A DNA stretch of 63,674 nucleotides, counting the filler, from Octopus bimaculoides (lineage: Eukaryota), in NCBI RefSeq assembly GCF_001194135.2. It is 5 parts of 5 records of this genome, joined end to end, with 100 filler letters (N's around TTAATTAATTAA, not from the genome) between each part and the next. Parts side by side here need not be neighbours in the genome. Positions count along the whole stretch, not along the records: positions 1 to 29,765 come from NC_068985.1; positions 29,866 to 36,799 come from NC_068984.1; positions 36,900 to 44,217 come from NC_068986.1; 2 more parts are not named here. One strand, given 5' to 3'. A program made the translations under genes and the position numbers. This document shows, piece after piece, positions 26,953 to 38,442 of this stretch. The notes beneath the pieces were generated by a model that was not told the DNA's origin, ran no database searches, and was given only the letters and a program-made list of their open reading frames with translations. Numbering within the stretch: position 1 is the stretch's first letter; every line of letters starts with the position of its first letter.

Positions 26953-27222
26953 CCGAGACCTTTGGAAATGTGCTGTGCGTGAGAAGACCCGGCAAGCCAA
27001 GTAAGATCGTTGCCAGTGCCCCTGGACTGGTTCTTGTGCGGGTGGCACATGAGATGCACCATTCTGAGCGTGGCCGTTGGGAAGGGCATCCAGCTGTAGA
27101 AACTCTGCCAAATTAGACTGGAGCCTGGTGTTGCCATCCGGTTTCACCAGTCCTCAGTCAAATCGTCCAACCTATGCTAGCATGGAAAGCGGACGTTAAA
27201 CGATGATGATGATGATGATGAT
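26953..27222 (+). mobile_element. 5'-truncated RTE LINE: last ORF codons, 3' UTR and (GAT)n tail
   Basis: 'RDLWKCAVREKTRQAK*' then the hairpin module and tail shared with 1-232. Confidence 0.7.
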
Positions 27223-27287
27223 TAGCAACAGAGGAAGAATTTTTCAAGCTACAAATTCTGAAGTATAGTTACAAAGTATTTACTTAC

Positions 27288-27418
27288 ATTTTTCCATTAA
27301 TGAGATTATCAGGATAATATAGGAGAATTGGGATAATACCAGCCCAAGGTACGCCATACCCAACTATAATATACATAATACGCCGAAAATGCTTGCTTCC
27401 ATGGACACCTATTGTACA
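27288..27418 (-). CDS. Adhesion-type GPCR exon (ICL2-TM4)
   Basis: cttcag|TGT ... AT|gtaagt, phase 0 to 2; CTIGVHGSKHFRRIMYIIVGYGVPWAGIIPILLYYPDNLINGK (cf. 'YxxIGWGxP'). Confidence 0.85.
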
Positions 27419-28613
27419 CTGAAGAAGATGATAAAAAAAAATGTAAACATTTGTAAATATACATAGTTAAATATTTTTTCAATATTTTCAAACAGAAATG
27501 CATATGTATTAAATCAGAAATATTTTAGTGACTGAAATATTTTTTAAAATGCTGAAGTGTGCTTTATGAAGCAAATATAGAAGGGAACTTCAGAAAAATG
27601 TGCAATATCTTTCCAGATTTTTAGAAAACTATAATACATGAGTTATTAAACTTGATTTCTGCAAAGGTTTGATGTGGGGAAAAAAATTATTCAGTCATAT
27701 TAAAGCCTAGACCTATGGCAATAAAGATAAAATTAGGTCTAGTCTTTGAACAACTATTCAGTTAAATTCTTGGAAAATTTTTAGGGTATTACATAAAACT
27801 TATATTTATAATGAAAAACGTTTACTCAGAGTGGTTTTCATCTCTTGATGTTAACAACTTTACTAATATGCACATAAAAGGTTGTTTGCGATAAACAATG
27901 TGGTAATTAATAATTGTTTCTAATTTAGACACAAGGCCAGCAAATTTAAGGGAAGAGGTCAGTTGATAATATCAAACCCAGTTCTTAATTGATACTTTAT
28001 TTCATCAATCCTGAAAGGCTGAAAAGCAAAGTTTATCTCAATAGCATTTGAAATTAGAATATACAGAGTTGGCAGAAATACTGCAAGGTATTCTTGATAA
28101 TTCTCCTGGCTTGTAACTTTTGGTTTCTGATTTGGGGAAAAAGGCTAATTTTTTTGACCCTGAAAAGAGGAAAGACAAAGTTGATCTCAGTCAGTTTTCA
28201 ATGTAAAGAGCTGGAAGAAATGCTGCTAAGGTTTTTATTGGATGACTAATGATTCTGCCAGCTCATTGACCCCAGGGTGATGAAAGGCAAAGTTAACCTC
28301 AGTTGGATTTGAACTCAGAATGTAAAGAGCTGGAATGAATGTTGCAAAGTATTTTTCAGATGCTCCAATGATTCTGCCAGCTTGCTGCCATTTATTGTTT
28401 TTTTTATTAAGGCAGAAGGCAACCAATTTGGGGGAGGAGAGGGTTAGTCGAGGTCATCAACCCTGTGCTTGACATGTACTTTATGTTAATGATCCTGAAT
28501 GGATTAAAGGTAAAGTTGACCATGGCAGTATTTTAATTCAGAATGTAAAGAGCCAGAAGAACATTTTCTGGTGCACTAATGATTCTATCAGCTCACCAAT
28601 AACAATTCTGATC

Positions 28614-28841
28614 TAACTCTTTTGCTTTCAGGTTACTCTGTCGAATGTAATGCTTATTTATTCACAATGTTTTGAATTAATCATGCATTATCTTGTAGCT
28701 TCAAGATTTTGATGATGTGATTGTATATTTTTAGAATGACAATGTAGGCTAGGTATGAGAGGCTTGATCTAGCCAGTATGAACATAAATACTAGTAAAAT
28801 ATTTTAGCCAGATATGGCCAGTTTAAATGCTAAAGGGCTAA
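28614..28841. mobile_element. piggyBac-like MITE (~230 bp)
   Basis: Ends resemble TTAA|CCCTTTAGC...GCTAAAGGG|TTAA; same family as the copies in pumilio introns. Confidence 0.6.
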
Positions 28842-29197
28842 ACTTAAGAAGTTTATGTTCAAAGTGGATAGTTTATTCTTTATGGTAGATAATATCAATG
28901 GTGTGTCTTTAATTAGTTGTGGTATACCCTTTTAGATCACTAATAAATTTATCAGAACCTGATGAATCATCTCTGGGTGTCTTCACCAAATACTTTCTTA
29001 TCCAAGTGCATGTGAGCAGTTTGAAATGGGACAGTAAGATATGAATAATCACCTTTTAAAAAAACCTTGGTAATCATATCATACATAGTTTTAAGCATTT
29101 TCATCTAAGACATTTAATACTAGCAAATAATTTTATTATTGCTATTGAAATTATATCAACATTCTATATAATCAAAATATAAACATGAGTTACTTAC

Positions 29198-29290
29198 ATC
29201 TGCTAATTTCCAACAAGCAAAAAGAAACATCCAACTATATGCTGATGTGAACAGAAACACTATTGCCACAGTTGCAGCTATACAGAAGCC
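29198..29290 (-). CDS. Adhesion-type GPCR exon (TM3); upstream exons not found
   Basis: ttacag|GGC ... GAT|gtaagt, phase 0 to 0; GFCIAATVAIVFLFTSAYSWMFLFACWKLAD (cf. 'CxxxA..FFLxxFxWM'). Confidence 0.8.
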
Positions 29291-29460
29291 CTGTAATTGA
29301 TAAAATAAAATAAAATTAAATTAAATTAAAAAAAAAAGTCTACAATACAATGATGACTTTACAAAAAACAATGTTTCATGTAACATGCAAACAGTTTTGT
29401 TGTTGATTTTACTGGGAGGTCAATTGAAAAACATGAAAACCATTGCAACCTTATAAACTA

Positions 29461-29625
29461 TTGTTACGAACGCCCGCACGCGAAGCACCTCGACGAAAAG
29501 AAAACTCGCGCGCGCGCGAACGTCGACGCTCAGTGAGTCGGGATGTTCGCCACGACTAAGCCCCGGCCGGAGCACGCAACGAAGACAACAGGCAAAAGGA
29601 GGAAGAAATAACACGGAGATCATAC
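29461..29625. other. CpG-dense 165-bp island; possible LTR terminus (TGTTACG.../...CGTAACA) or promoter
   Basis: Many CpGs (cgcgcgcgcgcg) in otherwise CpG-poor DNA; other end lost in the gap. Confidence 0.3.
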
Positions 29626-29765
29626 GTTGGGTAGTGGAACTAACTTTTTTTCTTTTTACATGATCAAAACATCATCAATACATTGCATAACAATTCAAAT
29701 AACATTTAACAAAGGTTTCAGAACATTGCATAATCACAAGTTTACAATCAAGAGTTCATATATCA

Positions 29766-29865
29766 NNNNNNNNNNNNNNNNNNNNNNNNNNNNNNNNNNN
29801 NNNNNNNNNTTAATTAATTAANNNNNNNNNNNNNNNNNNNNNNNNNNNNNNNNNNNNNNNNNNNN
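29766..29865. other. Synthetic scaffold join (44 N + TTAATTAATTAA + 44 N); same at 36800-36899, 44218-44317, 60359-60458
   Basis: Identical 100-bp structure four times; the 12-mer has stops in all six frames. Confidence 0.9.
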
Positions 29866-30021
29866 ATGACGTTGACCACTAACGTGGACATTTAATGTGC
29901 TAGAAATAGATCACATCTTGTGTCTAAAAAGACCTAAATTGTTCTCAACATGAAATATAGCGTGATACCAAAACGTAAGCGGGCAAGACATTTAAAATCA
30001 CCGAAAAGGAACATTATTAAA

Positions 30022-30077
30022 CAGGTACCGGTTTCAAATTCAACAATCTTACCGACTGTCTATTTCTCTTCAGCCTG
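30022..30077 (-). ncRNA. Minimal type-I hammerhead ribozyme (GUA cleavage triplet)
   Basis: CAGG-CUGAAGA-stem II-GAAA-C-CG-G-UA-CCUG; stem I CAGG:CCUG; palindromic ACCGGU stem III. Confidence 0.7.
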
Positions 30078-30515
30078 ATTTGTAATGGAACCATAATCAT
30101 CAGAAACCCATACAAAGTTGCCCACCGCCATGGGTGCGCGTGTATATGGTTCTGCTAATTACAGCTTAATGGTAAAATTCAAGTCTTCGTTTTGGCGCGC
30201 TAATTCCAGGAATATGTCTGCAGAGAATATTTACTGCGTCGAATATATATCCAGTATGAGAACTCAGTAAGGGTTAACATACACACACGCACACACTCAC
30301 ACACTCACACCACACACATTCATTAAATAGAATTGCACGAAGCAGAATTCAATCAAATATATGCATGTATGATGATATTTAACATATTTAACATATTCGT
30401 TTGCACTCGAACGCAAGAAAGACCCTTCGCTGCGGAAATAGTCCCTTTTTAGACATGTGGGAAAAAACATTGGACTATGAATGACGTCATCGGATCTTGG
30501 TTCGAACAATTGAAA

Positions 30516-30566
<51 letters not shown>

Positions 30567-31754
30567 TACATATGTGTGTGTATGTATGGATGGATGTTTG
30601 TATGTATGCACGTATGCGTGAAATGACTCATCGTTGTAATGTAAACAAATTTGACTTAAAATTAGTTATTGATTAGACAGATTGTAACAGGTAGCAGGTG
30701 AAAAATCGTGAGAGTATAATAGGATGAGATCGATCATTACAATAAAGCAATAACCTGTCTTGATTAAGTCTTTTTTTATATATATTTTATATGCTGTCTA
30801 CATTTGTATGTTATCTCTATACAATATTATATCGATACCTTATGCATTGTGCCTATATATTTAACCATCATCTGCATACTTTATCTATTAATCGAGTCAA
30901 TATCTACCCTTCTCACTCTCTCTTTCCCTCTCTCTTCCTCTCTCTCTATAAATTACTCGATCGAATAAATCGCCCCCCGTACTCATTTTTAGGGCTGGTG
31001 TTTATTCTGCTTGCCTGTCTGCCAGTCTGCCTGCCTTCCTGCCTTCCTGTCTGCCAGTCTGCCTGCCTGCCTCTCTGCCTGTCTTTCTATCTGTAAGTGA
31101 CTCTGTCTGTCTGTCTGTCTTTCTCTCTCTCCCTCTCTCTCTCTCCCCCTCTCTCCCTCTCTCTCTCTCCCCTCTCTCCCTCTCTCTCTNNNNNNNNNNT
31201 GTCTGTCTGTCTGTCTTTCTCTCTCTCCCTCTCTCTCTCTCCCCCTCTCTCCCTCTCTCTCTCTCCCCTCTCTCCCTCTCTCTCTCTCTCCCTCTCTCCC
31301 TCTCTCTCTCAACTATCTATTAATCGATCTATCTGTCCGAATAATGATGACGACGACGACGGCGAGAATTGTCATCGTCATCGTCATCGTTGTCGTCATC
31401 ATCATCCGTCATCCACTCACCCCGACCATGGATACGGCATCATGTACGCAAGGATCCAACGAAGCAGGGTCCATAGTTACTCGGCCTGCTAGAAATAGCA
31501 GTTAAAACCTCCCCATATCATCATCCCTTGCAGTAGTGATTCCCATCCTTTTCACGAACCAGGAGCCTTTCTATTTGAATTAATTTTATTCATGGAACCT
31601 TGTCTTTTGAAAGCTGTGATAATGAAGAAATCTCACGAATCCTATACGTTCTTTTGGGACCTTTTCTTCGGAACCGCTGCGTTCAATGGGCAACACTGTA
31701 GCACCTTTTATTAAAGTTCTGCTTAATCAGACTGAACTGGGATTAAATCTCCAT

Positions 31755-31840
31755 CATCATCACATCATCATCATCATCATCATCACCACCACTACCACCA
31801 CCACCAACACCAACACCACCACCACCATCACCACCATCAC

Positions 31841-31875
<35 letters not shown>

Positions 31876-31973
31876 CATCATCATCATCATCATCATCATC
31901 ACCACCACCAACACCACCACCACTACCACCACTACCACCACCATCACCATCATCATCATCATCATCATCATCG

Positions 31974-32012
<39 letters not shown>

Positions 32013-32290
32013 ATATCGTCATTATGATCATCATGATCAACATGATCATCATCGTCATTGCCGTTCACATCATTGTCATCGCTGCCGTTGTCATCAACAA
32101 CGCTACAATCGCCACTGTCTTCATCACCGCTGCCGGCAGCGCCGCCGCAACCGGCACTACCACCACTGCTCACAGCCAGCGCCGTCGCCCCTGTCATCGC
32201 CTCCACCACCGCTGCTGTGGTGGGTACCATCACCGCGTTTACCGCCACCGCCACCGCCACTATAGTGAAACCATTGCAAACGTGGGCAAC
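31755..32290. repeat. Compound (CAT)n/(CAC)n/GCC-rich trinucleotide low-complexity tract
   Basis: Directly visible; produces poly-S/T/D/M/H ORFs on both strands. Confidence 0.9.
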
Positions 32291-32723
32291 CAACCAAGTC
32301 AACCGTCTTAAAAACCGACCATTCGCTTTATAGAAAAAGATTGAAGAAACGCACGTGACCAGGCGACAGATGACAATTGAGGAAGCATCGAAAGCAGAAA
32401 CAGTAAAGAAATTGGCGATTAAAGTAGACGAGGTGGTTTGTAGATTTGAAACAGAGCCGTGTGTGCTATGCGAAAATGATCACGTCCATCGATTAACTTG
32501 TTCAGGATTATGGCGAGAGATTATAAGGATAACCCGTAGTCGGCGGACATAACTACTGGGATTTGCCAGTGATAAGAATAAGAAACGATTACATCGTGGA
32601 AGATCCAGTTGAGCCGCAGAAATCCGTTCTGCGTTGATTTACTCTGTTTTACCTGCTTCACTCGTTGGTTTACAGTCATTCTGGAACACTCTCGTAGGAG
32701 AGTTTAGTCGATCTAATAGAAAA

Positions 32724-32799
<76 letters not shown>

Positions 32800-33358
32800 G
32801 AGCGAGAGAGCAGTGCATGCCATCAAAGTGACGCTGGGGTAAAATATACGAAGCCCAATATACCCATCATGACTACCCGTCTGATAAGGGTACACCAGGC
32901 ACATGCATCACAATCATATGTGCGCGACATGGTAATCTCATATCAAGATAAACAGCGCATGACCTCGCAGGTGGGGCCCAGTTAGAATTTTCTTCAGGTC
33001 GGGTAGCACATCCCGCTCAAAAGGTCCCTGAATAAGGTTTGTTTAAGGATGTTGAGCAAAACACCCATGTTTCCAAAGTTGAATTATTCAAACCCCAAAG
33101 AATTCCTCTCAACACATGGCTATGATGCTCCCCCACTACTTCTGCTTATGATCAGAGATGCACATATCGTCAGCCACCAAGGGACATGCTCAACTGGTTA
33201 AGGTCAAACACCTGACAAGCAAATCTGTGGTATTAAGCAGAATATTTGCTGTAGCCCATTTTTTTATACCAAGACAAAACAATGTACATGATAGCACTTC
33301 CAATCAATTAAGATCAGAAGCCATGAGAGCCACTACCTGGTACTGCATCAGGGCGTTT
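32800..33358. mobile_element. ~560-bp CpG-retaining interspersed element bounded by (ATT)n on both sides
   Basis: Sharp boundaries against (ATT)n at 32800 and 33358; no ORF. Recognised from memory as a high-copy octopus repeat, not verified. Confidence 0.55.
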
Positions 33359-33384
33359 ATTATTATTATTACTATTATTATTTG

Positions 33385-33760
33385 GGTGAAAGTTGCGAAA
33401 ATGGCATGAGTGGAAGGCACCTCTCTGAGTGTAGACCTGTAAGTCGGAGAGAAGGATTTAGAGAGGGCGCTTACTCCTGGGGTTTCAGGGAAATCTCGAA
33501 CAGTGGGGTTCCTCGGTTATTCCCAGAAGCCTTCCTGTATCAGGTGGGCCACATCTCTATCATCCTTCCCACCACTTTAAAAAAAACCCCCTTTGAATGC
33601 AATGCTTATGTCCCTTCTTTTCCAGTGTACACCAGGTATATTTACTTTCTCTCTTACATTTTTTTCTATCATTTAATTATATGTAAGCCCCCACGCTTTA
33701 TGTCTGTCTTTGTATTGTCCCCCTCATCCTTCGCCCTTGTGTCAAATAAATTAAATCATC
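33385..33760 (+). mobile_element. Possible 3' end of a LINE (L1/Tx1-like) with aataaa and (atc)n/(att)n tail
   Basis: Pyrimidine-rich 3' UTR-like run, aataaa, then simple-repeat tail; no diagnostic protein motif read. Confidence 0.3.
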
Positions 33761-33770
33761 ATCATCATCA

Positions 33771-33829
<59 letters not shown>

Positions 33830-34181
33830 GTTATCATCAAGGCAGTGATTTAGCCGAATCGTTAGCAACCCGAGCAAAATGCTTAGCGGTATTTCGTCTG
33901 TCTTTACGTTCTGAATTCAAATACCACCGTGGTAGACTTTGCCTTTCATTCTTTCGTAGTCGTTCAATTAAGTACCAGTGAAGCACTGGGGTCGTTGTAA
34001 ACGACTAGTTCCCATCACCTAAAATTTCAGGCCTTCTGCCTTTAGTAGAAAGGAATGTTGTTATGAGTCTGTGCAGTCATGTTCGTACTTCTGTCATTCA
34101 ATATGATAATTGGGTCATTCAAACGCGCGAAAACAATTAGCGCCATGAAGTTAGTCATTCAAATTCGATTTTCGAGCATTC

Positions 34182-34212
<31 letters not shown>

Positions 34213-34308
34213 GATAGATCACATCTTGTGTCTATTAAGACCTAAATTGTTCTCAACATGAAATATAGCAGCAAGACATTTAAAGTCACCTAAAAAAGCA
34301 TTCTCAAA

Positions 34309-34365
34309 CAGGGACCGGTTTCGGATTTAACAAATCTTACCATTTGTCCATTCCTCTTCAGCCTG
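34309..34365 (-). ncRNA. Minimal type-I hammerhead ribozyme (GUC cleavage triplet)
   Basis: CAGG-CUGAAGA-GGAAUG GACAAAU GGUAAG AUUUGUU AAAUCC-GAAA-C-CG-G-UC-CCUG. Confidence 0.75.
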
Positions 34366-34740
34366 ACAAATCCAGCAGAAGATTCAATATGTCAGAGCTG
34401 TAAAATCTTGCATGTATTATTTTAAATTCTTCTTATTAATAACTACATTGTTTCTTTTCAGATAAACTGATATCTGACTGTTCAAAAAACTTCAAAAGTG
34501 GGGGCTTCACTTGAAAATAGACACGATTTGGCACCGTGGTGTTATCAAGTACGAGCAGTTTTCTGTATGTTATATATATTTGTAAGTCCTGGTGTTTTTG
34601 TTATGTATTTGTCTGAATATTTTTTTTATTATACCTAAGGCACCTATTATGATAGGAATTGTTTGTTTTTAGATTCCACATTCGAGTTATCTCTATTTCC
34701 AGGTCTTTGTATTTTGAAAGTTTCTCCATTTCTTTTAGAT

Positions 34741-34772
34741 TATTATTATTATTATTAGTAGTAGTAGTAGTT

Positions 34773-34816
<44 letters not shown>

Positions 34817-34823
34817 CGTAGTC

Positions 34824-34884
<61 letters not shown>

Positions 34885-34885
34885 C
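34741..34885. repeat. (TAG)n microsatellite, one of many long SSRs (also (CA)n 37178-37266, (ATCT)n ~37490-37600, (TG)n 42058-42135, (CTA)n ~43610-43668)
   Basis: Directly visible. Confidence 0.95.
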
Positions 34886-36764
34886 ACTGTGCTAGCACTA
34901 CTGTATCAGCTCTTTGTATTCATTGCCCTTACTGTCCTGGCAATAACAATATTTGTTAATGTATAGATGGGCGTTGCGGTCATAAATTATTAGTTAGAAC
35001 CCTTATTGTGATGAAATTATTGCAAGTAAAAGGGGAGATAGTGTAGACAGACTCAACCAATAAGTGCTTAGTTAATATCTATAAAGCTTTTAGTCGATAT
35101 CCGTTGATAAAGTCGGACAGGTTTACACATGCAACATCTCATACGAAGACTAAATTAAAAGTGTTTGTGAGAAACAATACCAATTTAATGCCTACAGGCT
35201 TTCAAAAACCCCAACTTAAAGAAACAATTGATTTTATCACATGGAAATACTATACAAGTTCCCAGTGTTGAACATAGTCGCTATTTAGGTGACAATGACA
35301 TTCAGTAACGATCCAGTCGATATCTCTTGACTGTATTTTCCCATTCAGTCGACGTCCACACTTAGTAACTATCTTGTTAAGCTTTTTAAACCTTACACAA
35401 TCCAATCTTCACAATTCTCACTATCTATATTAACGAATATGTGCCTATGCAATAATATCGACGGGCTGTATTTATCCACCCAACAATTGCATATCGTCCT
35501 TTCAGTATCTCTAGACGGTACTTATTCAGTCAAAAATCTACATACCCTGTATTATCTACCCAGCGAGTATCTACAAATTGCACCAATCTTCAGATTGTCT
35601 ATTCTGTCAACATCTCTCAGTGTGATAAATATCTATTCAGTAAGCGTCCACAAACTCTGTCAATACGGTCAGAATCACCAGAATATAACTATCAAGTGAA
35701 CATCTATACTGGGTATTATTTCCGCAGCATGTATTTACATATTGTGGCTATCCAGTCAATATCTACATACTGTGTAATATGTACTCAGAGAGCATCTAAG
35801 TGGCATTCCGTCATCTATGACGAAGAGTGTTCCAACTGATCCGACCAACGGAACGGCCTGCTTGTGAAACTAGCGTGCAAGTGACTGAGCACTCCACAGA
35901 TATATGTACTTTTAATATCGTTCTCAGGGAGATTCAGTGTAACACTAAATGTAACAAGGTTGACTCTTTGAAATACAGTACTACTTCCGTCGCTGTTGAA
36001 CTATAGACAGCTGCTTGCTTAACCTTATGGACTGGAGCAACGTGAAAAAAGTGTCTTTCTCAAGCACATAACGCAACGCCAGGAATCGAACTGACGACTT
36101 TACGATCTTGAGCCGACTATCCTAACCAGTAAGTCATGCGCCTTCACCAGTGAACATCTACAAACTATGTCTATTCGATCAATATAGCTAGGCGTTATCT
36201 ATCAAGTTAATATTTCCACACTAAGTGTTATTAAATCAGAAAACATCTCCAAATTTGTGTCAGTGTCTAGAGAATGTGAATGTGTAGCTAACAAATACTG
36301 AATATAGTCTCTCAACTCAGTATTTACAGGAATTAACCATTATGTTATAATCAACACACTGAGTACTATCATCTGGTAAGTTTAAACGGGTCTGCAAAAA
36401 TCATGAGCACAACTCCTTTAGCACAACGAAGCCATTAAATAAACAAAACGGAACAAAAACTTTTATAGTATTTGCGTGTATTGTATTCAGTGTTGTACTT
36501 TCACTATCGTGTCAATATATGCAAGTTATTTATGTAGATTAAGCTACCTACATATAAAAATATTATAACCTAATCGGTGCAGCGCAGACGTCGCGCTGTT
36601 GTAACAAGTTTGCTTCTCGACCACACCATTCCAGTTTCAATCCCACATTGTGGAAACTTGGGCAAGTGTCTTCTGCTATAGCCCCGGGCCGACAAAAGAT
36701 TTGAAAGTGGATTTGGTAGACGGAAACAGAAAAAAGCTCGTCGTGTGTATATATATATATATAT

Positions 36765-36797
<33 letters not shown>

Positions 36798-37177
36798 TAN
36801 NNNNNNNNNNNNNNNNNNNNNNNNNNNNNNNNNNNNNNNNNNNTTAATTAATTAANNNNNNNNNNNNNNNNNNNNNNNNNNNNNNNNNNNNNNNNNNNNC
36901 TACCTATCTACCCACCTACCTACCTACCTACCTACCTAAATACTCACCCACCAACATACATACTTACATATGCAGCTACTTCGTCCAGATATACGTATAT
37001 ATATATATATATATATGTATATGTATATGTATATACATCACTTATACTATTTTGTCACCTATGATTTTCCTATCTTCAAACGTCGGTGGAATTTCATCGT
37101 ATTTTGTTGGGAGAGGGTATCTACGTTTAATATCCCACCAGTGAGTTTACAACAAAGCCACCGTCCACACGGCCTAC

Positions 37178-37268
<91 letters not shown>

Positions 37269-37485
37269 GAAACTTGCTCTAAGGGCGGACGTGTTTTGTG
37301 CGAGTTGTAAAGCCGGCCCCATTGTCAATCTCGCCACATAAACACTTTCCTCCCTTTCACCCCGTCCTGTCTTCCACTTTTGTCACTCAGTCACTTTTTT
37401 CTTTCTTCTCTCTCTCTATCCACCTCTTCCTCTTTCTGCATTTACCTATCTCCCTCTGTGTGTCTCTCTTTCTGTCTCCCTCTCT

Positions 37486-37543
<58 letters not shown>

Positions 37544-38369
37544 GTCTGTCTGTCTGTCTATCTGTCTGTATGTATGTATGTATGTATGCATGTATGTATG
37601 TATGTCTTTCTCTGTTATGCACATACACACACCACACACACTCCCTCTCTCTTTCTCTTTCCTCTCTGTCATTCGCTCTCTACTTCTCGCCGCTTCTCTG
37701 TCTGCCACTTGCTTTCTGTCTCCCTGTTTCTCTAAGTCGAATCTAGCTCATTTTCGTTTCTCCTTTTTCTTTCTCCCTCTCTTTCACTCAATCTCTCTTT
37801 CTCTCTCTCTCTCTCTCACTCCACCTTTCTCCCTCTCTCTCTCTCTCCACCTTTCTCCATCTCCCCCTCTCTCTCTCTCTTTCTCCATCCCTCTTTTTCT
37901 CTTTCTCTCTCTCTCTTGGAATGTGCTGATTCATTTCGACTGTTTCGTTAAGTATGATCATTGTTCAGATCTAATTTGATTGTGTGTGTATGTGTGTGTG
38001 TCTGCTCGTGAATTTGTGCAAGTTTGTGTGTAGATGGATACGTTTTGGTGATGGGTACTTCTGTCTATTTGCTTGTTACTGATATTTTTGTTGTTGTTGT
38101 TGTTGTGTGTGTATTGAGTGTAGGAAATACCGACTGGCTTTCATTTTATGTAAACTGATTAAAACTAAATATTATCATTGTTACTCGAACATATATCTGT
38201 TGAATGTGAGCTTTTTTTCTTTTTCTTTTCCAAAAAATTTTTAAAAACCATTAAAAGGAAAACACAAAGAACAAAAGTCAATTTAAAGATAGACTGTGGA
38301 TGTTGCTTGCGAATAATAATAATATAGAGGGCTATTTTTTAATGTTAACATACAATGTATTTGTGTTTG

Positions 38370-38410
<41 letters not shown>

Positions 38411-38442
38411 TATACATATATATACATATATATACATTTGTA

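Noticed and set aside
28929-29052. Open frame after an AG in the GPCR intron (VIIHILLSHF..)
   Set aside because: No convincing donor, the phase would break the chain, and the TM3 and TM4 exons already join correctly.
29810-29821. Palindromic TTAATTAATTAA recurring four times (also 36844, 44262, 60403)
   Set aside because: Always centred in an identical 100-bp N gap; a synthetic six-frame-stop linker, not biology.
30053-30151. 99-nt phase-0 open segment (NHIHAHPWRWATLYGFLMIMVPLQIRLKRNRQS) that could splice to the GPCR TM3 exon
   Set aside because: The donor lies inside the hammerhead repeat, the acceptor is weak, the peptide fits TM2 poorly, and it lies across a scaffold join. Only RNA-seq could rescue it.
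31686-32333. Multiple overlapping poly-S/T/D/M/H ORFs
   Set aside because: Trinucleotide repeat tract open on both strands; no splice or domain support.
32355-32552. 65-aa ORF with Cys/His residues, and a possible minus-strand mini-exon near 32650-32710
   Set aside because: No recognisable domain or partner exons.
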